A stretch of DNA of 61,874 nucleotides, the filler included, from Hausera hauseri (lineage: Eukaryota), in NCBI GenBank assembly GCA_046269625.1. It is 12 parts of 12 records of this genome, joined end to end, with 100 filler letters (N's around TTAATTAATTAA, not from the genome) between each part and the next. Parts side by side here need not be neighbours in the genome. Positions count along the whole stretch, not along the records: positions 52,539 to 56,765 come from JBJURY010689216.1; positions 56,866 to 61,874 come from JBJURY010362595.1; 10 more parts are not named here. One strand, 5' to 3'. The notes under the pieces were generated by a model that searched no databases, was not told where the DNA came from, and was given only the letters and a program-made list of their open reading frames with translations. This document shows positions 52,439-61,874 of the stretch, piece after piece (positions within the stretch are counted from its first letter, which is position 1; every line of letters begins with the position of its first letter). The translations under genes were made by a program, and so were the position numbers.

Positions 52439-53796
52439 NNNNNNNNNNNNNNNNNNNNNNNNNNNNNNNNNNNNNNNNNNNNTTAATTAATTAANNNNNN
52501 NNNNNNNNNNNNNNNNNNNNNNNNNNNNNNNNNNNNNNATCATCATCACTGTCGTGTAGTGATCGAGACATTCCGACCGAGGGAGCATGGGAGCAGAGGA
52601 GCTTGGTTGAGACGTAAAGAAGAAAAACACGAGGGAGCAAGGGGAACAAGTCTGGACCAAGATGGCAGGGGTAAAGCTAGTCACTAGCATCATGTGCCGT
52701 GTCGTTTAGTGAACGGGTCTTTCCGAAACTTTTAAGAGGTAGAATCAATAAAAACAGGCGTCGTATAAGGTTTCTAGGGATATTAGTCACCAAGACTTTC
52801 ATCATCAGGCGGTGAGACTTTAGGGAGCTTCCATCATCATCATGTGCCGTATAGTGAACGAGGCCTTCCAACACCTCCATCTTTGACATGTGAACCTGGT
52901 GGGACGATACAGATTTCTTCTTAGGATCGGCAATAGCGGGTAGCGGATCATCATCATTAGTGCCTAAGACCTTCCGTTACCTCCATGATATGATATAGCT
53001 TAAATAACAAAATATTAAACATAAGACCGGGGAAGACATAGAGCATGTTGGTTCTTCTAACTGAACGGCAATCCTATAGCTCATCATCATTGTATATTAG
53101 TGCCCAAGACCTGAGAACCCCTCCACGGCGTTATATAACTTAAATATTAAACATTAGACCGGGAAGGCATAGGCCATATTGGTTCTTCTAACTGAGCACA
53201 AAACCTACAGTTGTGGATCATCAGCATTACTGACCAAGACCTTTCAATACAACCAGAGGTCTGTAGACCTTGGAGGCTTCGCCACGGGGAACTGCTCTTG
53301 CTGACTGGCAGACCGCTGTAACTTGCGGTCAGTTTTCATGTAACTAAAAATTAAAGATACGAGGACACCGAAATTACAACATAAAGCCATTTTTTTATTT
53401 TTTTATTTTTACACTTTTTATTTGCCTTGGTACATAGGAGAAAAACGTTCTAATTTTAGTCTTGTGCTTGGTCTTTTTTGACGGTTGATCAAAAGTATGT
53501 GCTGAACAGTGGACGAGGTTGCCGGTTCGATGTTCGGATCTGTAGTAATATTAGTACTGGTACTCGTTTCCGATGATGTAGGACTCGTTGTTTTCATTGT
53601 TCTTTTTCGATGTGCTCTCAATTGTAGGGGCTCGGTTTCGGCTTGGCTTGGTAACTGTTCATCAGACGTGTTTTCGCTTTATTTGTTCGTTACGATGTAA
53701 ATTTTTCCCATGGTCTTATTACTTCCTGGTAATATAAAATACTACGCAAAATGTAGTCCCGTTTTGGCTTACGTTATTGCATCGTGCTATGTGAAA

Positions 53797-54735
53797 TCAC
53801 TGAACCAAAAGGTACTTCCGGCTTATGTCTGAGAATTCTCCAATTGGCTTTGGATACGCCCATGCTCCTTGGAAATTATCTACCTCGCTAATCATGTAGT
53901 AAAATCCAGCAAACCAATGGGTCCCTAGCAATACCATATGAGTTAGATTGGCCACCCTGAACAAGTTTGGGTAGGCAGTACGTGACTCGGTCATGTGTAC
54001 GAATCGAAAAACTCGATAAACCTTGAAAAATCTAGGAAATCGAATAATCGGACAAATTCCCGTGGCAAACTGGACGAAATCCAAAGGCAGAAGACTCATG
54101 AAATCGATGTAAATGTCTTTTGAACGAAGATATTTTCTACAGAGCTTTTTCGAGTCGTACACCATGAGTCCTTGGTCTAGATATCCCGTTCGAAACTGAA
54201 CAACAATGTCACAAACGTAGATAAAATCAAACAGACCGTCGAACGTGAACCAGCAGGCAGGGCATCCGTCTTGGATCTCACGAAACGCTTGTCTGGCGAT
54301 GCATGTCCACAAGTTGTACAAGACAGCCAGAGTTATGACATTGAGCCAGTAGAACATGAAAATGCCGTCGTGCTGAATGACCAGCCCTTCGCTCCATTTC
54401 GCTGAGCAGTTTGATCTCTGGTCTTCGTAGTCAAAAGACGCTGTCATATTCTGAATGTCATGATTTCTGGTTGAGAACTTCTTTAGAAAGGAATCTTCTC
54501 GATCGAGTGTGTGTTTATGTTTTTTGATGCCTTGCATTTCACTGGCTGCCTTGAGTGAGTTTTGAAGGCGCTTCCAGTTTCTGCTCGTGACTTTGCCCAA
54601 TCGTTTCTGAGGACGTGATGCCTCTGTGTTGTCCTTACCGTTTGATGATGAAGCTTCCCCTGCTTCGTCTTTCCACGTTTCGTCCTTATTGTGTACGCCC
54701 TCATTAGTCAAATTTCTGTTCACAGCAGTTTTCAC
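53797..54735 (-). CDS. Cyclic nucleotide-gated channel alpha-like subunit, N-terminus to S5 (ends before the pore)
   Basis: 'FYWLNVITLAVLYNLW', 'DIVVQFRTGYLDQGLMVYDSKKL', 'LLPLDF', 'IRFPRFFKVYR', 'ESRTAYPNLFRVANLTH', 'HWFAGFYYMIS'. Confidence 0.85.
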   Translation of the reverse strand: MKTAVNRNLTNEGVHNKDETWKDEAGEASSSNGKDNTEASRPQKRLGKVTSRNWKRLQNSLKAASEMQGIKKHKHTLDREDSFLKKFSTRNHDIQNMTASFDYEDQRSNCSAKWSEGLVIQHDGIFMFYWLNVITLAVLYNLWTCIARQAFREIQDGCPACWFTFDGLFDFIYVCDIVVQFRTGYLDQGLMVYDSKKLCRKYLRSKDIYIDFMSLLPLDFVQFATGICPIIRFPRFFKVYRVFRFVHMTESRTAYPNLFRVANLTHMVLLGTHWFAGFYYMISEVDNFQGAWAYPKPIGEFSDISRKYLLVQ

Positions 54736-54749
54736 TGTGGCACTGTTTT

Positions 54750-55948
54750 CTACTGAGAGTAATTTTGTGCTCTATTGTTTATACAAAATCTCATGGCTCC
54801 ATCCTTCTTCTTGACCATTACCACTGGAGCTGTCCATGGGGAACAACTCGATCGGATTATCTTATTTTCTCTCATTTTTTTTATTATTTTTCGTGCTTCC
54901 TGTTTTTTATCGTATGCTAACCGATATGGTCTTTTCTTGATTGGCTTATCTTGTCCATCCTTTAACTTCATAGTATGTTGTATTATATTCATTGTGCCTA
55001 AATCATAATCATTTTGAGCAAATCGGTTCTTATTTTTTCCAGCAGTTCGATTAGAATCTTTTTCTCTTCCTTAGTCAGGATTTCGCATTTCTGTAACTTT
55101 TCATTCCAACTGATACTGGTGACTTCATTTCTTCCTTTATTTCCCTCCGGTTCCATCTTCAACTTTTCTGTCATTATCTTTTCTATTTCATCTACATCTG
55201 AAATAGTCGAGTAGACTTCTTCTCTTGTTATTTCTTCGATGGTCATTATCTTTCCTACTTTGGTATCCTTTCGTAATACCTTTTCTTTATTTGCCGTATT
55301 GCAAATTCGTAAGTGGACTTTTCCGCCCCTTACTCTATCTACGTGAGGAGCGACAAGGACTTCGTATTTTTCCATAACTTGTTGGAATGGTTCAAAGTGA
55401 ATTATCTCAGGTAATGATTTACTTTCTATTCTTCCAGAAAGCACTATCTCGGATCGTGGTTGGATTGTGATATCTCTTGTTAATGAAACCATTCCTTCAT
55501 TTTTATCCTTACTGAATGTTTTAGGTTGACCTGTTCTCACGTCTATGTAAACATTTTCCATTTCATTTAATATATCGCACCCAATTAAGATTTCATTAGT
55601 CAGGTTGTCTGCTATCCTTATGGTGTGCTTTAAAATTTGTTTACCAATCTTAATATCGGCATCTAGGACCATCTTAATTTCTTTTTCTGCACCGAATGCT
55701 CCAACATTTATTAACATAGATGTTGGTTTACTTATCTTTTGTTTTAATTCTTTTGACAATTGGGTCATTCCAATTATTGTTGTCGTGGATCCAGTATCTA
55801 ACAGAGCAATCAATGGATACCCATTCACCTCTATTTCTACCTCCGGTCTTATGGGTGATTGCCGTTCATTTTTATCATCGGTTTTATATGTAGATTCGTG
55901 TTTATAGGGTGTCAGATTTTCGTACAAACTTTGTTTCATCTGTTGCAC
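54750..55948 (-). pseudogene. pol: Ty3/Gypsy protease, spacer and RT N-terminus (truncated)
   Basis: 'ALLDTGSTTTII...ILIGCDIL'; RT 'QHTMKL...PIKKRPYRL...IIRSSCSPWTAPVVMVKKKDGAMRFCI'. Confidence 0.92.
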
Positions 55949-55977
55949 TTGATGTATAGGGTAAAGTCCTGTATGTA

Positions 55978-56765
55978 CTACGTATCGGGGGCTGAAGGGT
56001 TCACCAATGTTTGTTCTTTATATAACTGTCCGTGATATTCATCTACGGGATCTATATGAGGTAAATGCGTTACCAACCTTTGTCGGTATTTCTGTTTTTG
56101 AGACTTCAGTGCTAATTGTTTAATTCTGGTTATTCGGTTACGTTTTGATTTTACTTTTATCTGATCATATCTGATATTGTTTTTATCAGGTATACTGTAC
56201 GGCGAATCTCTTCCGTCCTTCTTCTGTAGAATCATCTTTTTCCATTTGGCATTGTGATTTGCTAGAAAACAGCTTGCTACTGTCTGTATTACTGCTATTA
56301 AAATTTTCCATGAGCATTCTACTGCTGCATGTATTCCGTATGCTTTGCCTAGCGCCGTAAATGCTGTTCATATTGCGCTAATAATAAAATATATAGCTAA
56401 AAAACCGGGAGCCGCTTGGCCAAAATATAAAGACTTTCCCCACATCTTTTCCATAACGTTTTGTGTTACTTTCTTTAGGTAATCTTTATTCATTATATTT
56501 TCCCATTGTGGCGATCCTTTACCGTCCCACATTACTCTCCTGGTTAACTCTGTTATAACCCCTTGCCTTTGTTGTGGGAACAACAGCATTCGTTGGTAAT
56601 CTTCTATATTTTGTTGCGTATAGATTTCTCCGTGTGATATCCCTGGTAACGGTTCGAATCTCTGGTTTCTCTGTAAATTAATTAAGCTTAATGTTTTTGG
56701 TTTAGACATTGGTTCTATTTTTGGCATTCTAATCCATTTTCTATTGTCAATCTTAAACATTGGAG
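55978..56765 (-). pseudogene. env: Chuvirus/gB-like glycoprotein C-terminus (membrane anchor and tail) directly upstream of the protease
   Basis: 'PMFKI..KW', 'GEIYTQQNIEDYQRMLLFPQQR', 'MWGKSLYFGQAAPGFLAIYFII', 'AYGIHAAVECSWKILIAVI'; one frame from 56760 to 55978 with one internal stop. Confidence 0.82.
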
Positions 56766-56865
56766 NNNNNNNNNNNNNNNNNNNNNNNNNNNNNNNNNNN
56801 NNNNNNNNNTTAATTAATTAANNNNNNNNNNNNNNNNNNNNNNNNNNNNNNNNNNNNNNNNNNNN

Positions 56866-59800
56866 TGGACTTCCATACTATGGTCTTTCATGGTGGGGAC
56901 TTCCATGATGTGGTCTTTCATGGCGTGGTCTTCCATGATATGCTCTTTCATGGTGTTGACTTCCATAGTGTGGTCTTTCATGGTGTGGACTTCCATACTC
57001 TGGTCTTTCATGGTGGCTCATCAATGATGTGGTCTTTTATCGTGTGTACTTCCATGATGTGGTCTTCTATGGTGTGGACTTCCATATTATGGTCTTTTCA
57101 TGGTGGGGACTTCCATGATGTGGTCTTTCATGGTGTGGAATTCCATGGTTTGGCCTTTATTGTTGTGGACTTCCATACTATGTTCTTTCATGGTGGGGAC
57201 TTCCAGATGTGGTATTTCTAGGTGGGGCTTTCGATGATGTGGTCTTTCATGGTGTGGACTTCCATGGTGTGGCCTTTCATGGTGTAAACTTCCATACTGT
57301 GGTCTTTCATGGTGGAGACATCCATGAAATGGTCTTTCATGGTTTGGACTTCAATGGTGTGGCCACTCATGGTGTGGACTTCTATACTGTGGTCTTTCAT
57401 GGTGGTGACTTCCATGGTGAGGCCTTACATGGTGTGTACTGCCATACTATGGTCTTTCATGGTAAAGACTTCCAGATGTGGTATTTCTAGGTGGGGCTTT
57501 CGATGATGTGGTCTTTCATGGTGTGGACTTCCATTGTGTGGCCTTTCATGGTGTGTACCGCCATACTATGGTCTTTCATGGTGGGGTCTTCCATGGTGTG
57601 GTCTTTCATGGCGTGGTTTTCCATGATATGGTCTTTCATGGTGTTGAATTCCATGGTGTGGTCTTTCATGGTGTGGACTTTCATACTGTGTTCTTTCATG
57701 GTGGGTCATCAATGATGTGGTCTTTCACGGCGTGATCTTTTATGTTATGGTCTTTCATGGTGTTGACTTCCATGGTGTGGCCTTTCATAATGTGGACTTC
57801 TATAGTGCGGTCTTTCATGGTGTGGACTTCCATGGTGTGACCTTTCATAATGTGGACTTCTATAGTGTGGTCTTTCATGGTGGGGACTTCCATGGTGTGG
57901 CCTTTCATGGTGTGGACTTCTATACTTTGGTGTTTCATGGTGTGGACTTCCATGGTGTGACCTTTCATAATGTGGACTTCTATAGATTGGTCTTTTATGG
58001 TGGGGACTTCCATGGTGTGGCCTTTCATGGTGTGGACTTCCATACTATGGTCTTTTATGGGGGGTCATCAATGATGTGGTCTTTCATGGTGTGGAGTTCC
58101 ATGGTGTCGATTTTCATGTGTGGACTTCCAGCCTATGTTCTTTCATCGTGGAAACTTCCATGATGTAATCTTTTATGGCGTGGTTTTCCATACTAGGGTC
58201 TTTCATGGTGGGGACATCCATGAAGTGGTCTTTCATCGTGTGGACTTCCATGGTGTGGCCTTTCATGGTTTGGACTTCTATACTATGTTCTTTCATGGTG
58301 GCGACTTCCAGATGTGATATTACTAGATGGGGCTTTCCATGATGTGGTCTATCATGGTGTGGACATCCATGGTGTGGCCTTTCATGGCGTGGTCTTCCAT
58401 GATATGGTCTATTATGGTGGGGACATCCATGAAGTGTTCTTTCATGGTGTGGTCTTCCTAGATATGGTATTATTAGGTGGGGCTTTCCATGATGTGGTCT
58501 AACATGGTGGGGACTTCCATGATGTGGTCTTTTATGGCGTGCATTTCTATATTATGTTCTTTCATGGTGGGGACTTCCAGATGTGGTATTTCTAGGTAAA
58601 GCTTTCCATGATGTGGTCTATCATGGTGGGGACTTCCATGATGTGGGCTTTCATGGCGTGGTCTTCCATGATATGCTTTTTCATGGTGTTGACTTCCATA
58701 GTGTGGTCTTTCATGGTGTGGACTTCCATACTGTGATCTTTCATGGTGGATCATCAATGATGTGGTCTTTCATGGTGTGGACTTCCATGGTGTGGCCTTT
58801 TATGGTGTGGATCTCCATACTATGGTCTTTCATGGTGCGGACATACATGAAATGGTCTTTGATGGTGTGCACTTCTATGGTGTGGCTTTTCATGGTGTGG
58901 ACTTCCATACTATGGTCTTTCATGGTGGAGACATCCATGAAGTGGTCTTTAATGGTGTGGACTTCCATGGTGTGGCCTTTAATGGTGTGGACTTTTATAC
59001 TATGTTCATTCATGGTGGGGACTACCAGATGTGGTATTTCTAAGTGGGGCTTTCCATGATGTGGTCTTTCATGGTGTAGATTTCCATGGTGTGGGCTTTC
59101 ATTGTGTGGACTGCCATACTATTGACTTTCATGGTGGGGACTTCCATGATGTGGTCTTTTATGGCGTGGTCTTCCATGATATTGTTATTCATGGTGTTGA
59201 CTTCCATGGTGTGGTCTTTCATGGTGTGGACTTCCATGCTATGGTATTTCATGGTGGGTCATCAATGATGTGGTCTTTCACGGTGTGGACTTCCATAATG
59301 TGGCCTTTCATGGTGTGGACTTCCATACTATGATCTTTCATGGTGGGGACATCCATGAAGTGGTCTTTCATGGTGTGCATTTCCATAATGTGGCACTTCG
59401 TGGTGCGGACTTCTATACTTTGGTCTTTCATAATGTGGACTTCCATGGTATGGCCTTTCATGGTGTGGACTTCTATACTGTGGTCTTTTATGGTGGAAAC
59501 TTCCATGGTGTGGCCTTTCATAGTGTGGACTTCTATACTGTGGTCTTTCATGGTGTGGATTTCCATGTTGTGGCGTTTCATGGCGTGGACTTCTATACTG
59601 TGGCCTTTCATGGTGTGGACTTTCATACTATGGACTTTCATGGTGGGGACTTCCATGATGTGGTGTTTCATTGCGTGTTCTTCCATGATATGCTCTTTCA
59701 TGGTGTTGACTTCCATAAAGTGGTCTTTCATGGTGTGGACTTCCAAACTATCGTCTTTCATGGTGGGGACTTCCATGATGTGGTCTTTCATACCGTGGTC

Positions 59801-61874
59801 TTCCATGATATGGTCTTTCATGGTGTTGACTTCCATGGTGTGGCCTTTTGTGGTGTGGACTTCTATACTTTGGTCTTTCATAATGTGGATTTCCATGCTG
59901 TGGCCTTTCATGGTGTGGACTTCTATACTGTGGTCTTTCATGGTGGAAACTTCAATGGTGTGGCCTTTCATGGTGTGGACTTCCATACTATGGTTTTTCA
60001 TGGTGGGGACATCCATGAATTGTTCTTTCATGGTGTGGACTTCCATGGTGTGGCCTTTCATGGTGTGGACTTCCCTACTATGTTGTTTCATTGTGGCGAC
60101 ATGCATGAAATGGTCTTGCAGGTTGGGTACTTCCTTTATGTGGTCTTTCATGGTGTGGTCTTCCATACTATGGTCTTTTATGTTGGGGACTTCCATGATG
60201 TGGTCTTTCATGGCGTGGACTTCCATGGTGTGGCCTTTAATGGTGTGGACTTCCATACTATGTTCTTTTATGGTGTGGACTTTCATGATATGCTCTTTCA
60301 TGGTGCTGACTTCCACAGAGTGGTTTTTTATGGTGTGGACTTCCATACTATGCTCTTTCATGGTGGGGACTTCCATGATGTGGTCTTTCATGGCGTGGTC
60401 TTCTATGATATCGTCTTTCATGGTGTTGACTTCCATGGTGTGGTCTTTCATGGTGTGGACTTCCATACTATGGTCTTTCATGGTGGGTGATCAATGATGT
60501 GGTCTTTCATGGTGTGGACTTCCATGGTGTGTCGTTTCATGGTGGGGATTTCCATCATGTTGTCTTTCATAGTGGGGACTACCATGATGTGTTCTTTCAT
60601 CGTGTTGATTTTTATAGTGTGGTCTTTCATGGTGTGGATTTCCATACTATAGTCTTTCATGGTGGGTCATCAATGATGTGGTCTTTCATGGTTGGGACTT
60701 CCATTATGTGGTCTTTCATGGCGTGGTCTTCCATGATGTGGTCTTTCATGGTGTGGACTTCCATGGTGTGGCCTTTACTGGTGTGGAATTCAATACAATG
60801 TTCTTTCGTCGTGGGAACTTCCAGATGTGGCATTTCTAGGTGGGACTTTCCATGATGTGGTCTTTCATGGTGTGTTCTTCCATGATATGGTCTTTCATCG
60901 TGTTGACTTCCATAATGTGGTCTTTCATGTTGTGGACTTCCATATTATGGTCGTTCATGGTGTGGACTACCATACTATGTTCCTTCGTAATGGGGACTTC
61001 CAGATGTAATATTTCTAGGAGAGACTTCTCATGATGTGGTCTTTCATGGTGTGGACTTCCATGGTGTGGCCTTTCATGGTGTGTACTTCCATAATATGAT
61101 CTTTTATGGTTGGGACTTCCATGATGTGGTCTTTCATGGCGTGGTCTTCCATGATATTGTCTTTCATGGTTTATGACTTCCATATTATGTTCTTTCATAG
61201 TGGGGATTTCCATGATGTGGTCTTTCGTGGCGTTGTCTTCCATGACATGGTCTTTCATGGTGTTGACTTCCATACAGTGGTCTTTCATAGTGGTGTCATC
61301 AATGATTTGGCCTTTCATAGTGGGGACTACCATGATGTGGTCTTTCATGGTGTGGACTTCCACACTATGGTCTTTCATGGTGGGCCATCAATGATGTGGT
61401 CTTTCATGGTGTGGACTTCCATGGTGGGGCCTTTCATGGTGTGGAATTCCATACTGTGTTCTTTCATGGTGGGGATATCCACGAAGTGGTATTTCATGGT
61501 GTGGACTTCCATGATGTGGTTTTTCATGGTGTGGACTTCCATACTATGTTTTTTCATGGTGGGGACTTCCAGATGTGGTATTTCTAGATGGGGCTTTCCA
61601 CGATGTGGTCTTTCATGGTGTGGAATTCCATAATATGATCTTTCATGGTGGTGACATGTATGATGTGATCTTTCAGGGTGCGTACTACTATGATGTGGTG
61701 TTTCATGGTATGGTCTTCCATACTATTGTATTTCATGTTGGGGACGTCCATGATGTGGTCTTTCATGGTGTGGACTTCCATGGTGTGGCCTTTAATGGTG
61801 TGGACTTCCATACTATGGTCTTTCATGGTGGGTCATCAATGATGTGGTCTTTTATGGTGTGGACTTCCATGGTG
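56866..61874. repeat. Satellite/minisatellite with a 15-bp base unit (30-bp dimer TGGTCTTTCATGGTG + TGGACTTCCATGATG)
   Basis: Whole contig is this repeat, with recurring 14-bp variant units that shift the frame. Confidence 0.95.

Noticed and set aside
7354-56821. Regularly recurring TTAATTAATTAA flanked by Ns, and ORFs ending '...XXXLIN'
   Set aside because: Artificial all-frame-stop linkers, not a biological repeat or CRISPR array
59249-60497. Three overlapping ~400-aa ORFs as real genes
   Set aside because: Expected from a 15-bp stop-poor repeat; flanking repeat is frameshifted repeatedly

Overview
This window is not one locus. It is 12 eukaryotic (animal) contigs joined by artificial N44-TTAATTAATTAA-N44 linkers: A 1-7309, B 7410-12402, C 12503-16446, D 16547-21479, E 21580-26321, F 26422-31188, G 31289-35754, H 35855-43628 (internal 100-N gap 39892-39991), I 43729-48094, J 48195-52438, K 52539-56765, L 56866-61874. 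Adjacency across linkers has no biological meaning. A looks like teleost DNA (SINEs, decayed HECT-like gene, transposase-like exon). The rest look like AT-rich invertebrate DNA full of decayed mobile elements and pseudogenes. Main signals: (1) contigs I, F and K tile a Ty3/Gypsy-type element with the order gag - helical accessory region - ubiquitin-like domain - chuvirus/gB-like fusion glycoprotein - protease - RT, i.e. env BETWEEN gag and pol; (2) contigs B and C independently carry LTR-retroelement 3' accessory ORFs with a catalytically dead DEDDh (REX4/ISG20-like) exonuclease fold, each preceded by a candidate splice acceptor; (3) contig H encodes a ~2,100-aa, probably secreted, very basic protein made of ~18-residue aromatic beta-hairpin-like repeats that I cannot assign to a family. 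All family calls are by-eye motif recognition; no searches were run.
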